Source: Candidatus Nealsonbacteria bacterium (lineage in GTDB: Bacteria > Patescibacteriota > Minisyncoccia > Minisyncoccales > PWPS01). Taken from it: 64,000 bases of DNA. Below, in pieces: positions 28,352 through 37,778 of the stretch. Position 1 is the stretch's first letter; each line of letters opens with the position of its first letter. The notes under the pieces were generated by a model. It worked only from the letters and a program-made list of their open reading frames with translations, was not told the origin of the DNA and did not search any database. The stretch is from the NCBI GenBank assembly GCA_003560665.1, contig PWKK01000023.1, forward strand, positions 186,040 to 250,039, read 5' to 3'. A program made the translations under genes and the position numbers.

Positions 28352-29863
28352 TTATTTTTTTTGTTCTTGTAGTGCCGATTTAATGTGTTTTTTTGCGGTT
28401 GTTGTTTTTGCATACTCAAACCACTTTTGACTGGGTCGACTCGATTTGCTGGTGATAATTTCTACAATATCCCCGTTCTTTAATTGACTGTTTATTGCAA
28501 CCATTTTTCTGTTTACTTTCACGCCGCTGATGCGGTTACCTATTTCCGAGTGTATTGCGTAAGCAAAATCAATCGGAGTTGAATCGATTGGGAGATCAGT
28601 CACGTCTCCTTTGGGAGTAAATACAAATATTCGTTGTTGGAAAAAATCTTCTTTTAGATCTTCTTCAAGAGCTCTTTTATTTTTATCCAGTGTTTGATAT
28701 TCTACCAACTCTTTTATCCACGAAGGAATATCGTCATAATTAATTTCTTTTTCTTTTGAGCTTTTATCAAAAGGTTTTTTAAAAGGAAGGAGACGTTTAA
28801 TCCAAAGAAGGTTAGATCCTATCTTTGTCTTCTTGCTTTCTTTGTAATAAATATGTGAGGCGACACCGTATTCTGCCTCTTGATGCATTTTTTTTGTTTT
28901 GATTTGAACTTCCAATACGTTTCCGTATCCGGTAAATATCGTGGTATGGAGTGCCTGATAACCGTTGGGCTTAGGAAAAGCGATGTAATCTTTTATTCTT
29001 CCGGGGAGAGGTCTCCATATTCCGTGGATGATTCCTAAAACCTTATAACACTCATCAACGTCCGAAAGAATAATTCTTAACGCGGATATATCATAGATTT
29101 TTTCAACATCCCAATCTTTTCTTAATAACTTTCTATAAAGACTGTAAAGAGTTTTGACTCGATAATCAAGATTAAAGTTGGTAACTCCGTTTTTTGCCAA
29201 ACCCTTTCTAATCGATTTTTGAAATTTTTCTAACTTGCCGGAATCTTCTTTTCTTTTTTCTTTTAGAATTTTTTTTGTTTGTTCGTATTCTTTGGGATAT
29301 ACGAAAGAAAAAGAAACATCTTCAAGGGATCTGCTTAACTTTCTTATTCCAAGGCGGTAAGCGACAGGAATATAAATCTCCAAAGTTTCTTTAGCAATCC
29401 TTTCTTGCTTGTGTTGGGGGACATGTTGTAGTGTCTTCATGTTGTGCAATCTGTCGGCAAGTTTGATGATGATTACACGAATGTCTTGAGAAACGGCAAC
29501 AAAAAGTTTTCTCAAGCTTTCGTTATGCCTTTCCACTCCCCTGTATTTTATTTTTCCTAACTTGGTAACTCCTTTCACCAGAAAAAGAATTTCCTCTCCG
29601 AAAAGCTCTTCAATTTTTTCTTCTTTAACATTTGCGTCTTCCAGCGAATCATGCAAAAGACCCGCCGTTACTGTTATTGGGCTCATCCTTAGCTCTGCTA
29701 AAATTTTTGCGGTTTCGTAGAGATGATTAAAGTAAGGCTCGCCAGAAAATCTTTTTTGCCCATCATGTATTTTTTTTGAAAAATCAAAAGCGTCCGCAAT
29801 CATTCTTGCGTCTTTTTTAGAAAGAGGGGACAACAGATCAATAATTTCTTTTGCATTTTCCAT
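28352..29863 (-). CDS. rel: bifunctional (p)ppGpp synthetase/hydrolase (RelA/SpoT homologue: HD, synthetase and TGS domains; no ACT domain)
   Basis: HD domain HLYETAKIL..LLHDSLED, synthetase RIKDYIAFPKPNGYQALHT, TGS IFVFTPKGDVTDLP. Confidence 0.9.
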   Translation of the reverse strand: MENAKEIIDLLSPLSKKDARMIADAFDFSKKIHDGQKRFSGEPYFNHLYETAKILAELRMSPITVTAGLLHDSLEDANVKEEKIEELFGEEILFLVKGVTKLGKIKYRGVERHNESLRKLFVAVSQDIRVIIIKLADRLHNMKTLQHVPQHKQERIAKETLEIYIPVAYRLGIRKLSRSLEDVSFSFVYPKEYEQTKKILKEKRKEDSGKLEKFQKSIRKGLAKNGVTNFNLDYRVKTLYSLYRKLLRKDWDVEKIYDISALRIILSDVDECYKVLGIIHGIWRPLPGRIKDYIAFPKPNGYQALHTTIFTGYGNVLEVQIKTKKMHQEAEYGVASHIYYKESKKTKIGSNLLWIKRLLPFKKPFDKSSKEKEINYDDIPSWIKELVEYQTLDKNKRALEEDLKEDFFQQRIFVFTPKGDVTDLPIDSTPIDFAYAIHSEIGNRISGVKVNRKMVAINSQLKNGDIVEIITSKSSRPSQKWFEYAKTTTAKKHIKSALQEQKK

Positions 29864-30077
29864 GTTTTGATTCTATTATAAATGAAAAAATTCTACAAAT
29901 TACCCCTTCGCTCTTGACAAAGATTTTTAAATTGTAAGAATGTAGACAAGGACATGCGCAAATACAAAAAGAGGTCGGCTATTTGCACACAGAAATTTTA
30001 AAAATAGTTTTTCGATAATAATTATATCCGTCACCGCAAGAAGTGGTGTTATCAACGGAAAATTTTCGAAATAAAAA

Positions 30078-30272
30078 ATGGTTACAAAAAAGAAAGCGAC
30101 CACAAAGAAGAAAGTAGTCGCAAAAAAGAAACCGGTAAAGAAGAAGACAACAAAAAAAGTAACCCCGAAAAAGAAACCGGTAAAGAAGAAGACAACAAAA
30201 AAAGTAACCCCGAAAAAGAAAACGACCGCTAAAAAGAAAACGACCGCTAAAAAGAAAACGAAAAAGAAATAA
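30078..30272 (+). CDS. lysine-rich histone H1-like basic protein (34 Lys of 64 aa)
   Basis: KKKxTT/KKKPV repeats. Followed by a strong terminator. Confidence 0.6.
   Translation: MVTKKKATTKKKVVAKKKPVKKKTTKKVTPKKKPVKKKTTKKVTPKKKTTAKKKTTAKKKTKKK
30126..30251 (+). repeat. in-frame coding tandem repeats (45 nt x2, then 18 nt x2)
   Basis: 30126-30170 equals 30171-30215, and 30216-30233 equals 30234-30251, read directly. Confidence 0.85.
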
Positions 30273-30285
30273 AAGAAATTTTTCT

Positions 30286-30313
30286 ACCCGCCCCAAAAAG
30301 GGCGGGTTTCTTT
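30286..30313. terminator. bidirectional terminator
   Basis: ACCCGCCC / GGGCGGGT stem between convergent genes. Confidence 0.75.
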
Positions 30314-31772
30314 AATCGCCTTCTTTGTTATTTTCTATGATGAATGTAACGTAAACAGTTCGAGAAGAATCTTGATGTATTTTATGAAACTCTTGAAGAG
30401 TAATTCTGGTTTCAATAGTTTCCGTTTCGATTAAATCTTTTGCGTTGATTGCTTCCGTAAAAACCACTTCGGGCGCTTCCTCTTCTTCGGGAACGAGTAG
30501 TCTAACTTTATCCGGACTCACTGATATTTCCTTTAAATCTGCGTCCCTAGGTTCTTCGATGATGTTCGCTTCGACAGGTACTTCGTGTAAGGTGTATTTT
30601 TGTGCTTTAATTTGAATCGTAGAAGGATTAATGTTTACCACGGAAACATTGAAAGGATGGCTGATATAACTTCTGTCCAATTCAATTTCATTTAATCCCG
30701 ACTCTATTCTATCTCCGGAAATAGCGATTCTTATTGCATCTGCGGGAATAGTATTTAAAACAGCTTGCCCGCGTGCAGAAAGAGTAATGGTTACTGTTTC
30801 CGGAACAGTGCTTTCGATTATTTTTTCTTCAGAGATATTGGTGTAACTTATAGGAACACTAAAATCACGCTGGACTATCTCTGCTTGAAAAACAACAAAA
30901 AACCACGCAAAACAGGCAATGGCGATTGCGGAGATTTTTTCAAAAGTACGTTCTTTGAATAAAAGTTTAAAAAAGTTTTGGGGACGCTCGGGAAACTTTT
31001 CGCGGTAGTGCTGGTTTAGATACTTTTCCAATTCTTGTGTATCTTTAAGTACTTTTATCTTTCCGTATTTGGCGACGGCAACCTCTCCACGCTCTTCGGA
31101 AACAACTATTGCCAATGCATCTGTTTTTTCGGAAATACCAATTGCTGCACTGTGTCGTGTTCCTCTTTCTTTAATCTGTTTAAGGTTTTGCGAGAGGGGG
31201 AGATGAATACCAAATTTTTGAGCTCGGTCTTTGTCGATAATTACAGCTCCGTCGTGACCAGGAGAATCCGGATCAAAAATACTTTCAAGAAGAGGGGCGG
31301 TCACTATACCATCCAGGATGTTACCTCCTCTGGTGTGGCGGTCTATTAATTCTCTTCCGGGGATAATAATCAGAGCGCCGTGTTTTTTACGCATCAGATT
31401 GGAGGCTGCTTGTACGACCGAGAAGACGGTTGATGAAAAGGCAACAGCTGTTCTGTTTTTGATTCTTCCTCTTCCCGAAGTGGCAATAAGTTCAAACGAT
31501 CTTTTCAGTTCATCCTGAAAAACAATGACAAGAACGATAATAAAAATACTAAAGAATGATTGCAATATTAGTGCGGTGATATAGAGATGGAATGCTCTCG
31601 CGAGAATGTAAATCACGCCAAGAACGCCAAGCCCGATAAAGGCGGCCAGAGAGCGAGTTTGCTTTAAAAAGAGAATTCCTATGTAAGTAAAGATGGCGAT
31701 AATAAGTACATCAAGAAGATCAGTTAGATATATAGAGCCTCCAAAACTCACATCGAGAAAGTCAAAACCCAT
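30312..31772 (-). CDS. cdaA: diadenylate cyclase CdaA fused to C-terminal YbbR/CdaR-like repeats
   Basis: Three N-terminal TM segments. DAC domain GALIII..HDGAVII..GTRHSAAIGISE..VVSEERGEV. An extra TM segment follows, then repeated beta-rich YbbR-like segments. Confidence 0.8.
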   Translation of the reverse strand: MGFDFLDVSFGGSIYLTDLLDVLIIAIFTYIGILFLKQTRSLAAFIGLGVLGVIYILARAFHLYITALILQSFFSIFIIVLVIVFQDELKRSFELIATSGRGRIKNRTAVAFSSTVFSVVQAASNLMRKKHGALIIIPGRELIDRHTRGGNILDGIVTAPLLESIFDPDSPGHDGAVIIDKDRAQKFGIHLPLSQNLKQIKERGTRHSAAIGISEKTDALAIVVSEERGEVAVAKYGKIKVLKDTQELEKYLNQHYREKFPERPQNFFKLLFKERTFEKISAIAIACFAWFFVVFQAEIVQRDFSVPISYTNISEEKIIESTVPETVTITLSARGQAVLNTIPADAIRIAISGDRIESGLNEIELDRSYISHPFNVSVVNINPSTIQIKAQKYTLHEVPVEANIIEEPRDADLKEISVSPDKVRLLVPEEEEAPEVVFTEAINAKDLIETETIETRITLQEFHKIHQDSSRTVYVTFIIENNKEGD

Positions 31773-31884
31773 AACTATTTTTTATAGAAAATTTTATACT
31801 AAATCTCTCTTATTATATAAAGGATATTTTATTTGTCAAAAAGGTGATAATTTGGTAAAATTGACTAAAATTTGTATTAATGAA

Positions 31885-32370
31885 ATGAACAGAAAAATAT
31901 TACGGTACTATCATCCATCGTTACGTAAAAAGGCCCAAAAAACGGAAACGGGAGAAAAAACCGACAAAATAATAGAAACGATGAAAAAAACCCTTTGTGA
32001 AGAGGGGGGGGTTGGGCTTGCTGCACCGCAAATAGGGGTCTTAGAAAGGATTATTGTCATTGATTTGGGCCAGCAAGTTGACGTCTTTCTAAATCCGGAA
32101 ATAATAGAGAGGAGTGAAGAAACAATACAGAGCAAAGAAGGTTGTTTGAGCCTAAAGGGAGTTTGGCTTGATGTTACCCGGTCAAAAAAAATAAGAGTGA
32201 AGGCATTAACGAGAGAGGGGGAGGAAATAGAAGTGGAGGCAGAGGGTTTGCTGGCAGTGGTTTTTCAGCATGAAATAGATCATTTGAATGGAAAGCTCTT
32301 TATTGATAGAGTGAGCTTTTTAACAAAAGCAAGAGCATTTTTGTCTTATTTTTTTAAAAGAAATGATTAA
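31885..32370 (+). CDS. def: peptide deformylase
   Basis: GVGLAAPQIG, EGCLS, HEIDHLNG motifs. ATG 31885 chosen; the track start 31693 would overlap cdaA and its promoter region. Confidence 0.9.
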   Translation: MNRKILRYYHPSLRKKAQKTETGEKTDKIIETMKKTLCEEGGVGLAAPQIGVLERIIVIDLGQQVDVFLNPEIIERSEETIQSKEGCLSLKGVWLDVTRSKKIRVKALTREGEEIEVEAEGLLAVVFQHEIDHLNGKLFIDRVSFLTKARAFLSYFFKRND

Positions 32371-32974
32371 CCTTGCAAATTCTTTAAAAGGAAAGGGGTT
32401 TTTGGAAAAGAAAGAGAATTATGATGCTTTCTGTAAAATTGACCGTGCTGACTTTGTTCCTGAAGACCTTGAGGAGCATGCATATCAGGACGCCCCTCTT
32501 CCCATCGGTAGTGGGCAAACAATATCTCAGCCGCAAGTTGTTGCTTTGATGATTGACCTTCTTTCTCCCAAAAAGGGAGAAACGGTTCTTGATATAGGAT
32601 TCGGCTCCGGATGGACAACGGCACTCTTAGCGGAGATTGTGAAAGAAGGGAGAGTGGTCGGCATTGAAAGAGTACCGGAAGTTTATGAATTCGGAAAGAA
32701 AAATATCGAGAAGTACGGTTTTATAAAAAACGGGATGGTAGAAGTTTTTCTGGGGGATGGGAAAAAGGGGAAGAAAGAAAGAGGTCCTTACGATGGCATT
32801 TTGGTCTCTGCAGCGGACAAAGACCATAGTCTCCCACCAAAACTAAAAAACCAGCTCAAAGAAGAAGGGAGAATTGTTATGCCCATTAATTCATCTATTT
32901 TTTTATTTACAAAAAAAGAAGGGAAGCTTGAGAAGGAAGAGTATCCCGGATTTGTTTTTGTTCCATTACTATGA
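32363..32974 (+). CDS. pcm: protein-L-isoaspartate O-methyltransferase
   Basis: DRADFVPE..PLPIGSGQTISQPQVVA..VLDIGFGSGWTTALLA. Confidence 0.88.
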   Translation: MINLANSLKGKGFLEKKENYDAFCKIDRADFVPEDLEEHAYQDAPLPIGSGQTISQPQVVALMIDLLSPKKGETVLDIGFGSGWTTALLAEIVKEGRVVGIERVPEVYEFGKKNIEKYGFIKNGMVEVFLGDGKKGKKERGPYDGILVSAADKDHSLPPKLKNQLKEEGRIVMPINSSIFLFTKKEGKLEKEEYPGFVFVPLL

Positions 32975-34014
32975 TTAAAGAATTATTCATTGTACTTCTA
33001 ACGCTGATTTTTGCCGGTATCATTTTTGCCGGTGGTTTTCTCTACTGGGGAGTCTATCTTCCGAAAGACACTTCTCAAGAGGAAGTTTTTTTTGTTGTAA
33101 GATCAGGAGAAAGTCTTGCGACTATTGCTGAAAACTTAGAAGAGGAAGGAATCATTAAAAAAGGATATTTTTTTACAATTTATGGGAGGCTGACAGATAA
33201 AGGCAAGAGACTTATGCCCGGTAACTACAGGCTTTCTTCATCAATGAGTGTGGTGAAATTAATAGAAATGATAGCTGGCGGAGGGGAGGACAGGTTAACG
33301 ATTGTTGAAGGATGGAATTTGAGGGATATTGCGGAATTTTTGGAAAGAGAAGGGTATGGAGAAAAGAAAGAGTTTTATCGACTTGCAGGAAAACCTCCTT
33401 CCTATGTTGATGGAAAGGTAGCGTCCCAAAAACCGGGGGAAATAGAAAAGGATTTAAATTTTTTCGGAGAAAAGCCAGATAATCTACCCATTGAAGGATA
33501 TCTTTTTCCGGACACTTATTCCATTTCTCCTGGAACATCAATGGAAGAAATTATTCGTTCTTTTCTGTTTAATTTTGAAAAAAGAATAACCCCGGAAATA
33601 AAAGAAAGAATGGAGGAGAGGGGTTTGTCCTTGTTTGAGACGATTACGCTTGCTTCTCTGATAGAAAAAGAAGTAGCTTCTCTTGAAGATAAAAAACTTG
33701 TTTCCGGAATTATTAAAAAACGTCTGGAGATTGGGATGAGATTGCAAATAGATGCAACAATCACCTATCTTACGGGAAAAAGATCGGTACGTGTCTCTAT
33801 TGCAGAAACAAAAATAGATTCACCATACAATACGTATATGTACGAAGGTCTTCCGAAAGGACCGATTTCTAACCCGGGAGAAGAGAGCATTATAGCTGTG
33901 CTTTATCCTGAAGAGAGCGATTATCTTTATTATCTATCCAAGCCAAGCGGAGAAACTGTCTTTAGTAAAACACACGAAGAGCATGTAAGGGCGAAAAATA
34001 ATTATTTAAGATAA
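32971..34014 (+). CDS. mltG: endolytic transglycosylase MltG (YceG family)
   Basis: N-terminal TM segment, LASLIEKE, RLQIDATITY, SPYNTYMYEGLPKGPISNPG. Confidence 0.88.
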   Translation: MIKELFIVLLTLIFAGIIFAGGFLYWGVYLPKDTSQEEVFFVVRSGESLATIAENLEEEGIIKKGYFFTIYGRLTDKGKRLMPGNYRLSSSMSVVKLIEMIAGGGEDRLTIVEGWNLRDIAEFLEREGYGEKKEFYRLAGKPPSYVDGKVASQKPGEIEKDLNFFGEKPDNLPIEGYLFPDTYSISPGTSMEEIIRSFLFNFEKRITPEIKERMEERGLSLFETITLASLIEKEVASLEDKKLVSGIIKKRLEIGMRLQIDATITYLTGKRSVRVSIAETKIDSPYNTYMYEGLPKGPISNPGEESIIAVLYPEESDYLYYLSKPSGETVFSKTHEEHVRAKNNYLR

Positions 34015-34535
34015 TGAAAAAAGCTCTCTTTGTTATCGCCTTCAAAAACTTTCGGGACGAAGAGTATTTTATTCCGCAAACCGTTTTTAAGAAGGAAGGA
34101 TTTCGGACTAAAACAGCAAGTATAAAAAAAGGAGTTGCTTTCGGTTTGTTCGGAGGAGAAGTAGAGGTGGACTTGATTATCGATGAAGTAAAAGTAAAAG
34201 ATTTTGATGCGATTGTTTTTGTCGGTGGTCCGGGAACCTTGGAGTATTTAGACAACGAATCATCTTATCGCATTGCAAGAGAAGCGAAGAGAGACAACTT
34301 ATTACTTGGATCAATAAGTATCGCTCCGATAGTTTTGGCAAACGCCGGGGTCCTAAGAGGGGTGAAGGCGACCGTGTGGACGTCCCAGATGGACAAGAAA
34401 GCGATTTCAGTTTTGAGAGAAGAAGAAGTTTTGTATCAGAATAGGGACGTGGTTTGCGATGGAAAAATTATTACTGCAAGTAGTCCGGATGCTGCAGAGA
34501 AATTTGCAAAAGAGGTAATAAAAACGTTATCCTAA
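34014..34535 (+). CDS. DJ-1/PfpI family protein
   Basis: Family fold pattern FDAIVFVGGPG..LLLGSISIAPIVLANAG. Ser sits where the nucleophile Cys is expected. Confidence 0.7.
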   Translation: MKKALFVIAFKNFRDEEYFIPQTVFKKEGFRTKTASIKKGVAFGLFGGEVEVDLIIDEVKVKDFDAIVFVGGPGTLEYLDNESSYRIAREAKRDNLLLGSISIAPIVLANAGVLRGVKATVWTSQMDKKAISVLREEEVLYQNRDVVCDGKIITASSPDAAEKFAKEVIKTLS

Positions 34536-34618
34536 CATCTTGTTTATAAATTTCGATAGTTCGGTGAGCCTTTAAAAAGCCCCGAAGCCACTAATTTTCT
34601 AGTACTAAAAATTTTAAT

Positions 34619-34646
34619 TTGACAAAAAATTATAAAAAGATATAAT
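34619..34646 (+). promoter_or_regulatory. promoter of rplJL (TTGACA, 16 nt spacer, TATAAT)
   Basis: TTGACA 34619-34624, TATAAT 34641-34646. Confidence 0.6.
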
Positions 34647-34787
34647 TACGGCACATTATCTCAATATCCAAAACGACATCCGCAGACAACAGGGGTATCA
34701 TGCTTAAAGGCATTGTACTTAAAAAACCTGTCGAGGATAATTAAAGAGTTTCATTTATTGTCTGCGTTGTTTAATGCAGATTTTTTT
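34647..34787 (+). promoter_or_regulatory. structured 5' leader of rplJ-rplL (possible L10 autoregulatory leader)
   Basis: About 140 nt untranslated. Local hairpins: ACAGG..CCTGT, ATGC-TTAAAG-GCAT, TCTGC..GCAGA. Assigned by position only. Confidence 0.35.
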
Positions 34788-35297
34788 ATGACTATCACCA
34801 AAGAAAGAAAAAAAGAAATTGTGGATCAACTTTGTGAAAATATTAAAAAGCAAGACAGCTTGTTTTTCGTTAATTTTAAAGGAGTGGCGGGAAATGAAGC
34901 AAATATTTTAAGAAACGAGCTGACAAAAAGTGGAGCAAAGATGGTCGTTGCCCGAAAGACGCTGGCAAAAATTGCCTTCCAAAAAGAAGGGATTGATTTC
35001 GATCCTCTTCTCTTGAATGGAGAGGTAGGTTTTGTCTTCAGTTTTGAGGAGGGAATTAATACAGCAAAAATTATCCGCAAGTTTGAAAAGGAGGGAAAGA
35101 TACTCCTTTTGGGGGGAGTCTATGGCGGTAATGTTTTAACAGAGGAAGAGGCAAAGGCGATTGCCGACCTCTTAACAAAAGAACAGCTTCTTGCAAAACT
35201 TCTTGGAACAATATCCGCTCCCATGGGTGGATTCTTAAATGTTTTGCAGGGAAACACCAAAGGTCTTATTAACGTCTTAGCTAAAGCTAAAGTATAA
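34788..35297 (+). CDS. rplJ: 50S ribosomal protein L10
   Basis: MTITKERKKEIVDQL..FFVNFKGV..LRNEL..GAKMVVARKTL. Confidence 0.9.
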   Translation: MTITKERKKEIVDQLCENIKKQDSLFFVNFKGVAGNEANILRNELTKSGAKMVVARKTLAKIAFQKEGIDFDPLLLNGEVGFVFSFEEGINTAKIIRKFEKEGKILLLGGVYGGNVLTEEEAKAIADLLTKEQLLAKLLGTISAPMGGFLNVLQGNTKGLINVLAKAKV

Positions 35298-35358
35298 GAA
35301 TTAACAAATGACATGCGATGTGTGACCAAAGGGTTACGAGTTGCAAGTCGATATTACT

Positions 35359-35865
35359 ATGACCGAAGAAAAAAAAGAAGAAACAAAGAAGCCCGCTGAG
35401 AAAAAGGCGGAAAAAGAAGAAAAAACTTCCAAAGAGGAGGATAAGAGCGTAGAAAAAGAGGAGAAGAAGGAAGTCCCTAAAAAGTTTGAAGAGCTTGTTA
35501 AAAGTATTGAGAATCTCAGCGTTTTAGAACTTTCTGAGCTGGTAAAGGTTTTGGAAGAAAGATTTGGCGTTTCTGCCGCTGCCCCTGCCGCTGCCCCTGC
35601 CGCTGCTCCTGCTGCCGCTGAAGGAGGAGAAGATTCGGGAGAAAAGAGCGAATATAATATCGAGCTTAAGGACGTGGGAGATAAAAAGATTGAAACCATT
35701 AAAGCGGTAAGGACGATTACCGGAAAAGGACTGAAAGAGGCAAAAGACCTAGTTGATGCTGTAGCAGGAGGACCACAAGTGGTAAAAGAAGCAGTTCCTG
35801 CAGAAGAAGCAAAGGAAGCCGAAAAAACCCTCAAGGAAGCTGGTGCGGTAGTAGAGCTGAAATAA
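35359..35865 (+). CDS. rplL: 50S ribosomal protein L7/L12 with a roughly 45-aa Glu/Lys-rich N-terminal extension
   Basis: [28 protein letters not shown] hinge, C-terminal domain [40 protein letters not shown]. Confidence 0.9.
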   Translation: MTEEKKEETKKPAEKKAEKEEKTSKEEDKSVEKEEKKEVPKKFEELVKSIENLSVLELSELVKVLEERFGVSAAAPAAAPAAAPAAAEGGEDSGEKSEYNIELKDVGDKKIETIKAVRTITGKGLKEAKDLVDAVAGGPQVVKEAVPAEEAKEAEKTLKEAGAVVELK

Positions 35866-35877
35866 CCAAATAGAAGA

Positions 35878-37692
35878 TTAAATTTCAAGAGAATATACCT
35901 CTTTACCGATAAGGAGGTATATTTTTTTTTCATCGGAGCTAATCGCAAGATCTTTTAGATCTGCAAATTTTTCATTGTGGAGTTGCTTTATAACATCTCC
36001 TTTCTTACTTAAGAGAACCAGCCTCTTTTCTTGCGAGTCAATGATGAAAAGGGGAGTATTCGAAGAAGTGTATATCTTTGTTGCTTGTGACAGAGAGGGA
36101 AATAAGAACGGAGCAAAAGTTTCTTCTTTTTTTCCTCGATAGTAGCGTTGTATTTCGTTTTTTTGATTAAGAACAAAAATTGATCCGTCAATGGCGATCG
36201 AAATACCATCCTTTATTTTATCTTCGCCTTCTTCAATCCAAGGAACTGGTGTTTTTCCTGAATAACGCAGAATCTCTCCAGCGGAGTTTAGAAAATAGGG
36301 TTGTCCCAAGAAACTAGAAAGAGAGACAAACTTTTCTTTGTCGGAGAGAAGTTCTATGTTTAGCTTAGAAATAGTCTCATCTTCGATTAAAACAATGATA
36401 TCTGGTGAAGAGAACAAGATAATTTTTCCTGCCGAGTAGGATGCAAAATTAAACCCCTCATTAACAGGAAGATCGTGCAGGGTTTCTTTTTCGGAGTCTT
36501 TGTCAAAAACACTCATTATTGGCGAACGAGAAGAAAAGAGGTATAACCCACCTCTTGCTGAAATTATTTTATCGGGATTCTTCTCCTTAATTTTTCCGAT
36601 AAAGTCCATTTCGCGTAATTCTTCTCCCTTAGTAAGGGCGAAAAGTTCATTTTTCGCTGAAGAGTAGACCTCCTCAAACTTTTTTTGATTTCTTGTTTCT
36701 TTTATTATTAACAATTCTAAATCAGAAAAAGCCTCCTTAATAAGAGATATGTTTTTTTCTTCCTTTCCCTGAGATATTTTTTCTTGTATGAGAGAAATTT
36801 CTGTTTTTTGTCGGCTCCGCCTAATGTTGTTCTCGATTCCAATTGCCAAGCTACCCAAAACAATAACCCCCAAAAGAAGAAGTGGTAGGAGAAGGGACCT
36901 TTTCTTTAGAGAAGGCTTTTTTATATAAATTTGAGGAGTTTTTATTTTAAATTTAGGAATTTTGATTTTAACGAAGGAAACCACTGTATCAAAAAACATT
37001 TTTCGGAAAGAAAATGTTTCTTTTTTTTCCTTTGAAATTATTTTTGTTTCTTTTTCTTTCAAAGAAACAGAGTGATCAACAATAAGAGCCACTCCGGAAA
37101 TATTCGGAAACTTTTCTTTTTGAAGAGAGGATATCTTCTCCATAGTTTCTTTTCCTGGTGTGGTTTTTGCTACATCTTCCAGAATTTTTCCTTTTTTAAA
37201 AAAACTATATATTTCCGGCGTAAGAACGGCTAACTTGTCTTTTTTTTCCATTTTTCCGGAAACCATATTGGAAAAAAGATTAGAACCGGTGTTTTCCAGC
37301 TCTTCACCAATATCCCTCACTTTTTCACCGTTAAAGAGAAAGATTCTAATCCTTCCAACCTTCCCAAGATGAACAGAAAAGTTTTTCAGAGAAACAAGAG
37401 CGATATCAAGTTTCCCGGCACAGCCTCTTTCGCGGATAAACTCGTTTACTTCTCTTAATGTTTCTTTTAATGCTTTTTCAGGAGAAGAAGAAGTTTCTTT
37501 GTAGTAACACTCCTTTGCGATATGAAAAATGTTTTGTAAAAGAGGATGGTCCTTCTTTTCCGGGTTAGAGATTTCTCCAACCATGTAAAGCCTTCCTATT
37601 TTTCCCTCATAAGCATCTCTCGGCTTGTGTTGAAAGCTTTCTAAGACCTTTTTTTCATCTTTTGGATTGAAATAAAGCTCAAAAACCTGCAT
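35878..37692 (-). CDS. hypothetical single-pass membrane protein (about 270-aa cytoplasmic N-domain, TM segment, large C-terminal beta-rich domain)
   Basis: 604-aa ORF. TM segment LLLPLLLLGVIVLGSLAIGI. No family recognised with confidence. Confidence 0.6.
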   Translation of the reverse strand: MQVFELYFNPKDEKKVLESFQHKPRDAYEGKIGRLYMVGEISNPEKKDHPLLQNIFHIAKECYYKETSSSPEKALKETLREVNEFIRERGCAGKLDIALVSLKNFSVHLGKVGRIRIFLFNGEKVRDIGEELENTGSNLFSNMVSGKMEKKDKLAVLTPEIYSFFKKGKILEDVAKTTPGKETMEKISSLQKEKFPNISGVALIVDHSVSLKEKETKIISKEKKETFSFRKMFFDTVVSFVKIKIPKFKIKTPQIYIKKPSLKKRSLLLPLLLLGVIVLGSLAIGIENNIRRSRQKTEISLIQEKISQGKEEKNISLIKEAFSDLELLIIKETRNQKKFEEVYSSAKNELFALTKGEELREMDFIGKIKEKNPDKIISARGGLYLFSSRSPIMSVFDKDSEKETLHDLPVNEGFNFASYSAGKIILFSSPDIIVLIEDETISKLNIELLSDKEKFVSLSSFLGQPYFLNSAGEILRYSGKTPVPWIEEGEDKIKDGISIAIDGSIFVLNQKNEIQRYYRGKKEETFAPFLFPSLSQATKIYTSSNTPLFIIDSQEKRLVLLSKKGDVIKQLHNEKFADLKDLAISSDEKKIYLLIGKEVYSLEI

Positions 37693-37746
37693 ATATCATT
37701 ATTATAGGTATTTTTAAAAATTAGGCAATTTACTCCCGGAAGGGCC

Positions 37747-37774
37747 TTGACAAAAAAGAATGAGAAAATATAAT
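37747..37774 (+). promoter_or_regulatory. hsp20 promoter (TTGACA, 16 nt spacer, TATAAT)
   Basis: TTGACA 37747-37752, TATAAT 37769-37774. Confidence 0.65.
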
Positions 37775-37778
37775 TAAA

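Noticed and set aside
30126-30251. Tandem direct repeats considered as a possible CRISPR-like or minisatellite array
   Set aside because: The repeats are contiguous with no spacers, in frame inside a Lys-rich ORF, and number only two copies each. They are coding repeats, not CRISPR.
31693-31884. 64-codon N-terminal extension of def in the ORF track
   Set aside because: It overlaps the cdaA start and the divergent promoter region (TTGTCA-17-TGgTAAAAT at about 31836-31864). Deformylase homology starts at ATG 31885.
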